Below, piece after piece: positions 1 through 12,619 of a DNA stretch of 64,000 nucleotides (the first letter of the stretch is position 1; each line of letters begins with the position of its first letter). The notes under the pieces are model-generated. The model was given only the letters and a program-made list of their open reading frames with translations. It was not told where the DNA came from and made no database searches. Position numbers and translations under genes: made by a program. The DNA comes from Microthyrium microscopicum (lineage: Eukaryota): contig MU004230.1 of assembly GCA_010405405.1 (NCBI GenBank), forward strand, positions 654,627 to 718,626. The letters are read 5' to 3'.

Positions 1-1456
1 TCTCTAAGAAGTAGCTACTATATCTATAGTAAGCAACTAATAGACTACCTCTAATACTATATTCTCTCTAAAATAAGACTACTACTTAAAGATTAATATC
101 CTTATAGATACTAGTAGTAAAGTAATAAGAATTATTTATCCTAACTTTATTAAATAATATAGAATCCTTATTATTAATCTCTCTACTCTCTAAATTATAT
201 AATTAGCTAATAGTAAGGCTATTACGAAAGTTAATAAAGCTATTATAGTTAACGTTTATTTAAGAGGATATATTAAATAAATCTACTACTTCGTTATAAA
301 TATTATTAGCTATAACTTTATCCTTAATAACCCTTAGATTAACTTTTATAAAGTTATTCTTAAAAAAGGTAAAAAGTAAATCTACTTTAACTTAGACTAC
401 TACCTTATATACTACTTACTAATAAGCTACCTAATCTTAGTAGATTATAAAGGCTACTTAGTTAATCTAATAAACCTTTACTTTAAAAATATTACTATAG
501 TTAGTACTACTACCTTTATTAAGTTACTAGAATAAGGCTAGTAATTTAGTAAAATCTAGCCTAATAACTTTAAAGATAAAAAGGAAAAGAAACTTCTAAA
601 TCTAGATTCTATACTAAAGGAAAATATTACTATTAACTTAGGTAAAATCTTACTTAAGAATTTTAAAAAATAGTAAGAGAAGTATAATAAGCCTTCTCTT
701 TTATAAAAAGAGATTCTTAAATGCTTATTAAAGGAATATTACTATTATATAAACATCTTTAACCTAAAATTAAGTAATAAACTTATACTATATTATAATA
801 AATAGGATTACTTTATTAATATTATTCTAAATACTATAATTTCTAAACGCTACTATAATAGCCTAAATTACTAAGAATCTCTTATTATTAAATAATACGT
901 TAATTAGATACTTAGTTAAGATTAAGTTTAAGCTAGTAAGTTATATTACGCTATACTAATACTATATATATATAAGCTAGAAGAAAGAATTTAAGTTTAT
1001 ATTAATTATTATAGATTTAATAAGATTATATAAAAGAATTATAACGTCCCTTTATAGCTACTAGAAATACTTATTTATATTTATTACGTAAAATACTTTT
1101 CTAAATTTAATATTATTACTACCTTTATATATATTTATATTAAACCTAGTAATAAATATAAAATCGTATTCCTAACTTATTATAAATTATATAAATTTAA
1201 AATTATATCTTTTAGCTTTACTAGAGCCTTAAAGACTTTCTAAGCTTATCTTAACTATATTCTAATTAATTACCTAGATAACTTTATTATAGGCTATATA
1301 GATAATTTATTAATCTTTAATAATACTAAAACTAGCTATATTACTTATATCTACTTAGTTTTAGAAGTAATAAGTAAAGTAGGATTATACTTAGATATCT
1401 AGAAGTATAAATTTAATACTTAATAAGTTAAATACCTTAGCCTAATTATTACTACT

Positions 1457-1736
1457 NNNNNNNNNNNNNNNNNNNNNNNNNNNNNNNNNNNNNNNNNNNN
1501 NNNNNNNNNNNNNNNNNNNNNNNNNNNNNNNNNNNNNNNNNNNNNNNNNNNNNNNNNNNNNNNNNNNNNNNNNNNNNNNNNNNNNNNNNNNNNNNNNNNN
1601 NNNNNNNNNNNNNNNNNNNNNNNNNNNNNNNNNNNNNNNNNNNNNNNNNNNNNNNNNNNNNNNNNNNNNNNNNNNNNNNNNNNNNNNNNNNNNNNNNNNN
1701 NNNNNNNNNNNNNNNNNNNNNNNNNNNNNNNNNNNN
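1457..1736. other. Assembly gap (280 N) inside the retrotransposon RT/RNase H region
   Basis: Run of n characters. Confidence 1.
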
Positions 1737-4045
1737 GCTATTTAGCTTTATTAACTCTATTTAAGTATTCTCTAATTACTATAACCTTTAGACGTTTATA
1801 ATAATAAAACGTCTCTCTTAATAATAAGCTAGATAAGCTAAGTTCCTTTCCTAGTTTTACTTTAAGATAAAATACTACCTAGGTATAGCTAATAGAAAAA
1901 TAGATATTCTTATTTATTAGTTATAAGATATTTTATAAAGTAATAATAACCTTTACGTCTCTTAATAAGTCTAACCTTTACTATTTCTATACTAATTTAA
2001 TATAAAATATATAGTAAAGCTAGCTATATTACTTATTAAACTTATCTACTTCTTAATATTATACTTAGCTACTATTACTTAGGATAAGTTAGATATTTCT
2101 AATCCTATAAGTAAGCTACTTAATTCTATAAGAGAGTCTCTTAGTAATAATAAGACGCTTAAAAGTAAGCTACTTAATTCCTTAGAAGATAATCTATCTT
2201 TAGATTTTAATAGTAACTAGTTCTTATAGAATATTATAAATATAGTAAAGTATAATAAAATAATAATTATTATTTACTACGCTAAGACTAACTACTAGCT
2301 CTTTTTACCCTTTAATACTTTAGAATAAAAGTAGATTAAGCTTAGAGACTATATAATAGCTATTAATAAAATAATTCTCTACTATAACTAGATCTTTATT
2401 CCTTAAGGTAAGCTTTAGCATTACACTATATAGAGTATATATAGCTATAAAGCTATAAGCTATAGTAGAGTAGTAATAACTTACTATTACTTATAAGAAG
2501 ATTACTAGTAGCTTAAGATATTATAGGACGTTAAAAACTTTATTAAAAGCTATAAATGTATATTTACTAAACCTATTTACTAAAAAAAGTAAAGCTTTCT
2601 ACGTTAATTCTTTCTCTTTAAGCGTATTTAGTTAGATATTTTTATTAACTTTATTATCTTATTACCTTACTATTTATATTAAGGTATAATCTACTAATAT
2701 ATTATAATAGTTATTAACTAATATATATAGACTTAACGTTTTATTCTACTACTAAACTTATCTATAGACTTAATAGTACTAGCTTTTATTAACTACGTAT
2801 AGAAGCTTATTAGCTAGCTATTAATAATTCTTTTAGACTATAGTAGCTAATTTACCTTTATATTCTAAAAGTACTTATATAAATATATAGATACTATACT
2901 TTATTTTAGTATAGCCTTTTACCCTAAAACTAATAATATAATAGAAATCTTAGTTACTATACTTAAGCAATTTCTATATATATTTATTAACTAGAATTAA
3001 GATAACTAGGTAGCTCTTCTACTTTTTATAAAATTTATAGTTAATTCTACTATAAATACTACTATAGGAGTTATATCTTTTAAAGCTTAAAATAGATTTA
3101 ACTCTTAATTAAATCTTAAGTCCTTATATTACCTCCTAAAACCTATAAACGCCTCTATAGCTACTAATAAGGAAGCTATTAATATAGATATAATATAAAT
3201 AGGTTATACTAAGATATATAATTACTTAATAGAGCAATTAATCTAGGTATAAGCTTAGTAGGTAGAATATACTAACTACTATTACTATATAGCCCTAGAC
3301 CTAGTACTAGGTAACTAAGTTTACTTAGATATATAGAACTACTCTACTTTATATTCTTTAAAGACTCTAGATGATAAGAATATAAGCTTCTTTTATATAA
3401 TTAAGAAGATTAATACTATTACTTATAAACTTAATCTCTCTTTTTCTATAAAGATATATAATATTTTCTACGCTTAGGTCTTCTACTATATTATAGATAA
3501 CGCTAAGCTACTTAAGTATACTAATCTATTACTAGTAGTTATTAAAGAAACTATAAATAATAATAAATAGTCTATTAATACTATTATTAATAGCTACTTT
3601 ACTAATTAATATAAGAAGCTATAATATAAGATTAAGTATACTAGTTATAATAAAGCTAAATAGTATAATTAGATAGCTACTAAGAACGCGTTAGAGCTTA
3701 TTACTAAGTTTTACGCTTAGTACCTTAGTAAGCTAGGCTTATACTCTACTTAGATACTACTAATACTAGAGCTTATTAGTAATAGTATTAATTATAACTC
3801 TAATAGTATTCCTACTAATTAGGGGAAGTAAATAATTATACTACTAATTTCTCTATATTAATAGAATTACTAACTACTAGACTACTAGAACTTAAGAACT
3901 AGAGTATTCTAAGGATATCTTAGAGTTTATTAATACTTTTTAATAGTTGCCTTAGTAGACTAAAGGTTAAGATGCTTTAAACGACTAGTATAGTTAGTAT
4001 TATACTATAGAAGGATTAAAATATTACTTATTACTAAAAGTTTAT

Positions 4046-4100
4046 TAGACTAGACTAGACTAGACTAGACTAGATTAGACTAGACTAGATTAGAATAGAA
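4046..4100 (+). repeat. Pentanucleotide tandem repeat (TAGAC/TAGAT/TAGAA) x11 in the retroelement 3' untranslated region
   Basis: Direct reading of tagactagactagac... Confidence 0.9.
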
Positions 4101-4152
4101 GGAATTAGGAAAGTAGTTATAATTAGTAATCTATAGCCTAAAGAGCTATACT

Positions 4153-4163
4153 AAAGGGGGGGG
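4153..4163 (+). other. Polypurine tract (PPT) of the retrotransposon
   Basis: aaagggggggg lies 3 nt before the inferred 3' LTR start. Confidence 0.8.
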
Positions 4164-4166
4164 TTA

Positions 4167-4392
4167 TATAATAATTCCTCTTTATAAGCTTTATAGTAGT
4201 ATTATAAAAGAGATCTTATTATAAGATTACGTACTAGACTTAAGGAGGTTAGCGCGCCTAAGGATCTACTAAGCAAACTTACTTCCCTTATAGATTTGTA
4301 GCTCTTCTAGATCTTCTTCTCTCTCTCTCCTATTTATAGATTCTAGAATATAATCTAATTATCTACTCGCTTAAGTTCCGTAGCTCGTTACA
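4167..4392 (+). repeat. 3' LTR (~226 bp) of the Gypsy element
   Basis: Ends in CGTTACA (4386-4392). Starts TATAATA, the RIP product of its inverted complement TGTAACG, immediately after the PPT. Confidence 0.75.
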
Positions 4393-4862
4393 TAGATTAT
4401 CTACTAGGCATATGTTTTAATTATAATAATATTCTTATTAATGCTAATATCTATAAGACTCTATATAAATAAAATTATTACTTATTCTTTGTATAATTAA
4501 AGACGTGTATTAGTAGGCGTTTAATCTTCTTATAAAGTAGCTCCTTAAAGGTAATTATTAAACGTCCTAGGATTTATTACGTAAGCTGCTATATATTAAC
4601 GTTAGCTTTTCTAACTACTGCGTTTCTATACGTTTATTATATCTAGCATAGTTATATTGCAAAAATAAATTAATAATATTAAAGGGTAAAAGAATAGAAA
4701 TAGAATAAGCTAAAGAACGTTAAAAACTATAAAGTCCTTAGTATTTAAGCCTCTAAGCTAGCGTCTTACTAAGCTGTTAGGCATCCCCTAATGGGGATGT
4801 CTAGTCTTAGGCATGGGTATGCCTAACTGCAGCTATCAAAATAAAGTTTATTGGCCCTAGCT

Positions 4863-5985
4863 TAGGGAAGTAAATTAATTTAGTATAGATTAATTAATTT
4901 CGTATTAAAATTAATTAAATTAATATTAATATGACTTTACTATATTAATTTAATATTAACATAGGGTCTATATTAATTAAGTTAATTTAATTATACTAAG
5001 TATTAATTAAGAAATATTAAATTAATTAATCTATTTTTAGTTATATATTTTTTTCTAGTAAAGTTATATACTTTCCTACTCTATTTTTTACGTAGAATTT
5101 AAATCTGCTCTTAGAATTTTTATAGCTACTATAGCTCTTAAGATATAAATATATTTAAAAAATATATAATAATTATTATTACTAAAACTAAAATATTTCA
5201 CTAGTTATTCTAGTTATAAAAATAAAAATAGTATATCTAGATTCTTTATATTTTCTAGATACTAAATATATATAAAAACTTATATAAAACCTAAATATAC
5301 TATTAGTTATTAGCTTTAGGTAGAAAGTTAGTAAAGTTTATATACTTCTTAATTCTTTTAATTACTTAAAAATAAAATATATAGCTACTATCCTAATTAT
5401 AGCTAGAATATAATAAAAGTATATATTAAAATACTTATTATAAATCTAGGAATACGAATATAGTAATAGTTTAGCTTAATATTATATATTTATTACGTAA
5501 TTAAATTATTAAGAATTTCTAAATTGATTTTTTTCTTTATTATTAAGTTAAACTAAGATTTAGTAAGTATATATTATAAAAAATACTAAGTAATATCTTC
5601 TACTATTATAGTTATATAAATATATTAATTTTAGAACTTATATTACCTTAAATAAAACTATATATACTAAAAGATATAATTTTTCTTTATATTTTTCTTT
5701 TTTTCTTTTTAATATATTTTAATAGTTAGAGTTACTATACTAAAACTAATAGAAGATCTAAAACGAGCTTAATTAGACGAACAAAATAATATAATTTTTA
5801 TAGCTTAAATACTATATTCCTATTTTTAGTAATATTAAATTAATTATTAATATTAATTAATATTAACGTTAATTAATTTAATATTAATACGGTATAGGCA
5901 TTAATTAATTAATTTTAGTATGAGCCTCCATTAATTAATATTATTATGGCGTTAATTAATTAAATTAAATTAATTCACAACCCTG
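4863..5985. mobile_element. Non-autonomous hAT-superfamily DNA transposon (RIP-mutated), ~1.1 kb
   Basis: Left end TAGGGAAGTAAATTAATTTA versus reverse complement of right end CAGGGTTGTGAATTAATTTA (imperfect ~20-bp TIR, CAGGG terminus). Flanked by an 8-bp TSD, CCCTAGCT (4855-4862) / CCCCAGCT (5986-5993), differing by one CpA>TpA change. ATTAATTAA-rich subterminal repeats; no intact ORF. Confidence 0.8.
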
Positions 5986-6255
5986 CCCCAGCTCAATTAA
6001 ATTTCATCCAAACTGAGAGTTGAAAGCCACAAAACCAACACATCAGCGGCGGCGTCTCCTGTCCATCTAATCTAGCAACGTTGCGATTTCTCCACTCTCC
6101 AACACCACACCATCATTTCTCCAACCTCCATCAGACCCCGCGATCTTAAATGTGTCACCTGTGATCCCTCGAAAAGCCGGTCTCTCCAACTCCCCTGGCA
6201 GCCATGGTCTTGACGCTGGACGACAACCGGATATTGTTATAACGAAGGGTCGAAG

Positions 6256-7673
6256 ATGGCCACTGATCACTTCTTCCTCCCTCGAGACGTCCAGTCATGG
6301 ACCGATATACCTACCGCACTGCTTCGTGCCGAACTAGCCAGGAGAAATGAGACACCACCGCGACCCATCTGCGGGTCCAAGAATCGTGGGGCCTACAACT
6401 TGTCAATACACGTTGTAGCTCTGTTTGTCATTCTCATATTGAGTGTCGCAGGTTCGTGTGTTCTACTTCTGCCGCTGAGAAACACTGCTAACATCGTCAA
6501 GCATGCGCATTTCCTATAGCCGCGAAACGATTTCCTCATTTTCCAGTCCCTCACCTTTTCCTATTCCTTTCTCGGCATTTTGGAACTGGCGTCCTCATTG
6601 CCACAGCCTTTGTACATCTATTTCCGACTGCATACATATCATTAACAGACCCATGTTTGCCTCCGTTTTGGAATAAGAAATACCCGGCCATGCCGGGTCT
6701 CATTGCGATGACATCTGTGTTCCTGGTAGTGGGCATTGAGATGTTCTTCGCTATGCGCGGAGCAAAACATAGCCATGGTTCTGGTTTCGAGTCACTAGGA
6801 ATGGAAGATGACGATGCGACTTCTCATACACACCACGAAGGCCACAAGCCTGGCAATACACATAACTCGGAATCGCGGAGAAGTTTCAGCTTCAGGCGGA
6901 AACCACCGGACATATTCCTTCCCACCACGTCTTCAACTGATAACCTCATGGCCGGCAGATCTCCTTCGATTGGTCATCCCTCGCCTCTACCACCCTCTAT
7001 TTTATTTTCCGCCGATGATCCCAGCCGAACGAGCATCGAATCTACACATTCAGTCGATGGACTAGAGCTTGAAGAGCTCAACAGCACACAAGAATCCGGT
7101 CTGCTCAATGGTAACACTAAGCGGAGCTTAGGTTCGAGCTCCGAAAACTCGTCGGAAGAGACGGCGATTCAAAATGGACCAGATCGCAAGGCGCTGTTGC
7201 AATGTCTTTTGTTAGAAGCTGGTATACTGTTCCACAGCATTTTCATTGGAATGGCACTTTCCGTAACACCAGCTCCAGCATTCTACGTCCTATTACTGGC
7301 CATATCTTTCCATCAAACCTTCGAAGGATTAGCACTAGGATCCCGCATCAGCGCGCTCGCATTTCCTGCGTATTCACCGCAGCCTTGGCTTATGGCTCTC
7401 GCATATGGAATGACGACTCCCATAGGTCAAGCCATTGGTCTGGCAATACATGGGATGTATGATCCGGCTAGCGAAACTGGTCTTCTAAGTGTTGGAATTA
7501 TGAACGCCATCTCTAGTGGGCTTCTACTCTTTGCTGGAATGGTTGAGCTTCTAGCTGCCGACTTCCTTAGTGAAGAAAGTTTTCAAACTCTGAAAGGTCG
7601 CCGAAGATATCAAGCCTGCGCATCAGTTGTAGGAGGCGCATTGTTAATGGCATTGGTTGGAGCATGGGCATAG
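6256..7673 (+). CDS. ZIP family zinc/iron transporter (2 exons; intron 6452-6501)
   Basis: RHFGTGVLIATAFVHL, His-rich loop (HSHG, HTHHEGH), LLEAGILFHSIFIG, FHQTFEGLALG, C-terminal ALVGAWA. Confidence 0.93.
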
Positions 7674-8060
7674 ATCGATAACGGATCATTCTGCATTGGA
7701 TGGAGTTCTTATTATGCTGAGCTGAACATTTTTGTTCCTCATTCAATACACACATTTCTACCCTACCAAACTTCTGTACTGTCTGTTATTACCTTGACAT
7801 ACAAAAATGGTCGCATTATCCTAGATGGATGGGTAAAACAGTTATTAAGCACTAGTGCAGCGTTAGTGCTGTTTGCTAGGAAAGGCTGGGTCGTTAGACG
7901 CTCGCTTGGCGGCACGAACGACGAATGTAAACGACGTCAGTTACTGTCCCATTAATGCTCCTCCACCTCAGCCTACACCAACCTGCGACCCTACTCCTCT
8001 TTGCTCTCCTCCCTATTGACAATAATACAAATCTATTCCCGCTAAGCTCTCATAAGAATA

Positions 8061-10225
8061 ATGTGGGAAGAAGACGAAGACAACAACCCCTACGCCTCAT
8101 CGCCTGGAGCTAGTATGTGCCTCTATCAAGCAGTGTTGCCTGTTTCGGACTTTGAGCACCGAGCTTGCGACAGTACTGAACACGAAGAATAATGTACTGA
8201 CTCTTCCAGTTGAATATACTCGACCATTCACCCCAGAGTCTAATCACTCGTCGCCCCGGAGAGACTCAGCCGAATTCGTTCCAAGACCCCACGACCTAAG
8301 TGATGTAGAATACGATGATGAGCGCCCCCATCATATTACGCCGAAGAAGGGCGCATATGAAGGTCGCGTTGAGCAGCTTTTGTATGAGAGCCCGGACTCT
8401 ATCAAGATAACATACGCGGGCAAGAACTCGGAGAGTGGAGGGAGCTATATCGTCTACACCATACAAACGGGAGTGCGTGCAATCGATCCAGAACGTTCTC
8501 TGGAACTGACACTTACATTGTATAGGAAATCCAAGTTCGAAGGCGATACTCGGAATTCGCATCTTTGCGAGCCACCCTGGTTAACATGCACCCAACACTT
8601 GTTATCCCGCCCATCCCAGAGAAACACACCATGGCAGACTACGCAGCAAAACCGACAAAGGCGAAAGAAGATATCGGCATAATTGACCTTCGGAAACGCA
8701 TGCTGGCAGTATTCCTCAATAGATGTCGGCGGATGCCCGAGGTTCTGGACGACGGTGTTTGGTGGAGATTTCTAGACCCAAACGTCAGCTGGGTATATAT
8801 AACTGCAGCAGTATTTGTAGCTACGGTCGCTAACATGATCTTCAGAACGAAGTCCTCAATACGCCGCCAGTCTCAAATATACCTAAGAATGTACTAAAGG
8901 CGCCTCCACTAAACACCACAAACCCGACGACAGCCCACTCATACCTGCCCGTTCCATCCTCCTCTGCAAAATTGAAATCATCTCTTAGCTCCACATCTTC
9001 TGCAACACCAACGTCGCCTAGCAATTACAATTCATCTTCTCAACCTACAGGTGATACAATACCTCCCTCTCATTTTAATAGATTTCCGCCTTCTACCGAA
9101 CAGCTTTCAGAAGAAGAGCTAGACCCTTATTTCATCAATTTCGAGGCGTCGTCCAAAGAGCTAGAAAATCTACTCCAAGGTAGCATGGAAAAGTCTAATC
9201 GTAGAATGCTCAGCCACTATTCCTCGCTTGCTGAAGATCTGATGGAACTTGGTGCCAGATATAACGCCTTTTCATTATCTGAGCAGTCTCCAACCTTGGC
9301 AACCGCGATTGAAAAGATTGGACAAGCTGCAGATACTACCTACATGGTCACGGGGGATTTTTCGACGCAGCTTAGCGCAACCTTCGCCGAACCAATGCGA
9401 GAAAGTGCACAATTTGCTGGAGTCGTCCGGAGTGTTCTTCGATACCGGGTATTGAAACGCGTACAAGAAGAAATGGCCAAGGATGATCTAGAGAGGAAAC
9501 GCGCTCTGCTGGCAAATCTCAAGGATCAAGAGGAACAATCAGCGCGAATGAGTGCAACACTGAATAACTACACTGGACCAACGACTCCTAGGCGGTCAAA
9601 TTCTGGTGGTTCAAGACCAAGTCCGGATCGCCGGAGGGATGACGACGTAGCCTCAATTGACTCCGATTTTCCTCCAACAATGGGCGATGCATCACCACCA
9701 TCCGCCAATCAAGGCCAGGCTGAGGCTCCAGCATCAAATCACAAGAAGTCTACCAGTGGTGGTTTCATCTCTAATAAGATATTTGGACGCCTAAGTCATG
9801 CGTTCCAAGGCGTTGTGGACTCGGATCCAGTTAAGACCAGACAAGATCTAATCGGAAAGACGTCGGAACAAGTAAAGCAGGTGAGCTTTGATCGTTAACG
9901 TTTCTTCCAGTCGTGATGCTAATATAAAGCAGCTTGAACAAGCAATCGTGGTATCGCATGACGACGTTAAAGATGCCAGTGCTGGTGTGCTGAAAGATTT
10001 GAAACGATTCCAGGGCGAGAAGGAAGAGGATCTCAAGCGATACATGGTAACACTTAATCACCTTCTAGCATCTTTCTTACTAATGCGTGTTAGCTTGCTT
10101 TTGCTAAATGCCATATTGAATGGGCAAAGCGGAATATGGAAGGTTGGGTTGATGCCAAGAAGGAAGTCGAGCATATTCACATTGAGGATATCCGGGAGTT
10201 TGACCACCAAGGCAATGCCCTTTAA
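8061..10225 (+). CDS. snx41: PX-BAR sorting nexin Snx41/Atg20-like (multi-exon)
   Basis: N-terminal MWEEDEDNNPY; PX motifs YIVYTI, RRRYSEF, HPTLVIPPIPEKH, RKRMLAVFLNR; BAR region ELGARYNAFSLSE; last exon LAFAKCHIEWAKRN...GNAL* ends at 10225. Confidence 0.88.
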
Positions 10226-10900
10226 TACGCATTCTATGTATCGTAATCGAAATATGAACATAACACGATAAACATGGAGCACAATCTGCGTTCGCAGTCG
10301 GACATTTCTTGATTTTGAGTAGCGCCGGCCGATTTCAGCTTGTGTAAGGCGGGTAGCAGCTGATGGCCCTTTCGGGACTGCTCTTTTGGTATGTCTCCCT
10401 CAAATCGTTGAAATAGCCGCTGACTGGTTTAGAGAAGGCCTGTAGAAACTTTCTTTGACCTGGATTCGCGCACTTGTTGAGGTGGACTTTGAAGAAAACA
10501 CGTAGATTCTCATTGAAATTGCAACAGAAAGATTACCTACTCGCAACCAATCCATATTTCAGGAGATTATACCATTGGCTCCATTATCTTCAGCTCTTAC
10601 ACTTCAAAGTTCATATTGGGCATCTCGCGCTTTGGTTCAATGCTTAACTCATCATGGAACTTTATCGAATACGATGGGCGACATAGATTCCGATATGCAT
10701 TGCACTTGACTCTCTAGCACCTCCAGCTCCGGGTAGTGACTGCCAAAGCCGTCCGTAGCTACCCAGCTAGGCAGTCGCACCTACTTGTCGTGGCTAGCAT
10801 GATTGCCATTGCTTAGAACTTCGAATTTTCGCTATTCCTTCACACAAACCTCGTTCTTCCAGAAGATCTCCTGGTAAATCCACCACCACAGCGCCTGACG

Positions 10901-12317
10901 ATGGCAATAGGAAAACTCAATTACACAAATCGAGGGTCTGAGGGGCCGAAACTCGGTCTCATCGTGGCCAAAGACCTGCGCAAGAAGGCTGCCAAAATCC
11001 ATGCGCAAGGGAAGGATGACGTCGCACATCGCCAGTCATCGCCCATCGAACTCTGCCTTACCGGTAAAAACCTTACGGATGAAGGCCTACAACACGTAAT
11101 CGACGGCCTCGCTGATGCTCTGAGCCTACATTGGTCTGATGATATACCTTGCTTTGTCCTTGAGGAACTCAATCTCTGCGACAATGGCCTCACAACGCGG
11201 TCTCTACGAGCATTGGCACCAATCATTCAATACGCAGCGGAAGATATCAAAGACCTCGACCTATCTCGAAACAAGATATGCGTTCAAAGCAAAGAAGAAG
11301 CGGAGGACTGGCGTATATTTCTTCAGGCGTTCCGGAAAGCATGCTCTCCACGGAGGCTAGTTTTCAGCGAAAACGACCTGTCTGGGCCGTCAGCATTCGA
11401 AATTCTCTCTCAGACATATGCAACTCACTCTCCCAACGGCTCTAACGAACCACAAGGGCTACGATCGATTCCCTACCTCGTCTTTTCAAATGTCAAACTG
11501 GACGACATGGGAGTGCTTTGGCTATCATACTTCCTTGAACTCCATCCTCTGCCCAAGATGTGAGTATTCACAATTGCGCTGGGCGCTCTGACACTTGGCT
11601 GCCATACCTAGTGCTCAATAAGCTTAAACGGAACTAACATCTTTCAGGCTCGCGTCTCCACTAAGACCTGGTCCAATGGCAAACACAATCGCATCCTACG
11701 AAGTCGAAACCGGCTGTCATGGCATCATCTATTCACCAAATGAGCAGGTCTCAATATTCGGGCGGCGACTCCTAGCAGCGGCAGAGACTGCTCGGCGAAA
11801 ACTCACTCAAGAAGTACCTGACGAATTCTCCGAAAACACTCGCCCTTACCGAAAGCTTTCCGCAACATCGATCTCTGATCTCGACAGTCTCCGCCGCAAA
11901 CTCCAACGTGCCAGCATGGACAATGGCTTTCATCGGGTAGAACTCTGGCACACCGCAGTCCGTGTTGCTGCTGTCTCGAGAGCGCTGCTGTGCAATCGTG
12001 AGGAAGAAGCCACATTCGGACTGGACAAAACATTGTGGTATCAGATTATTGGCTTCGCTGAGAATCCCAATGGGGCTCTAGATCCTATGAAGTTTGCAAA
12101 GGCATTCCAGTTCGGCACGGAGCGCGATACGTTGGCGGAGTTTCGCGACATCCAGGGCAAATCAGAATCGCATCAGATATGGCATTTGTTGGACGCGACG
12201 GACTGCCTTTCCTACGACATGGTGGAGTTGGAAATGGTAGATCCACAGTCCGAGCATGCAGCCGCGGTTGAACTTGCGACTTCAGAGATATTCGGTCGAC
12301 TATCATTAGGCCAGTAG
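10901..12317 (+). CDS. Leucine-rich repeat (RNI-like) protein of unknown function (intron 11560-11647)
   Basis: LxxLxLxxNxL repeats (LEELNLCDNGL, IKDLDLSRNKI, LVFSENDL); the GTGAGT...CTAAC...CAG intron joins the two ORFs in frame. Confidence 0.8.
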
Positions 12318-12619
12318 TCAGGAGGTAATACAAAAGTGTCGTATACAATAGAATGTGATGGTCATTAAGTTTGATGTGTAAATTGATCTGGTTCTATCGA
12401 GTACAATGTTCGGCATCATTTTAAGTACGTAAAGCAGTATTAATCAAGGTACCTTTCGAGCTATAATTGAGTATGTGAAACCGTAACTACCAAGGCTACT
12501 GTATATTGCAAGTGATAAGCAAACCCAATCGCATGTGCGATAACGCCATCCGCTGATGCAAAATATACAAATGCAACATCATTCCTTCCTTCCTCATCAC
12601 TGAGTTATGATCATATTCC

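Larger units (their letters stand above)
1..4392 (+). mobile_element. RIP-inactivated Ty3/Gypsy LTR retrotransposon (chromovirus), 3' portion; 5' end lies outside the window
   Basis: The + strand translation is full of stops but resolves to pol motifs after reversing C>T/G>A changes. RT: KYFSKFNII...GYIDNLLIF, with YIDN = YxDD at 1295-1306. RNase H: FSNYYNL*TF...AR*AKFLS*F...YYLGIANRKID (~1770-1915). Integrase: zinc-finger region ~2440-2560 and I*LDIFINFI (=WxDISxDF) ~2625-2655, plus a GPF/Y-like module at 3361-3480. Chromodomain ending NALELITKFYA*YLSKLG (=NAPELxxEFHxxYPxKP) ~3570-3740. Confidence 0.93.

Noticed and set aside
4542..4552. TCCTTAAAGGT, a 10/11 match to the yeast Zap1 ZRE (ACCTTNAAGGT), upstream of the ZIP gene
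   Set aside because: Single imperfect hit in AT-rich, RIP-affected DNA; compatible with chance
4863..5985. ATTAATTAA-rich repeats considered as a CRISPR-like or satellite array
   Set aside because: Irregular spacing in a eukaryotic context; explained as RIPed subterminal repeats of the hAT element
1..5985. AT-rich block considered as mitochondrial insertion or foreign DNA
   Set aside because: Readable Gypsy pol motifs and the TpA-skewed composition indicate RIPed transposons
10330..10530. Short minus-strand open frame (FKVHLNKCANPGQRKFLQAF...) between snx41 and the LRR gene
   Set aside because: No start codon or convincing splice acceptor; no recognisable motif
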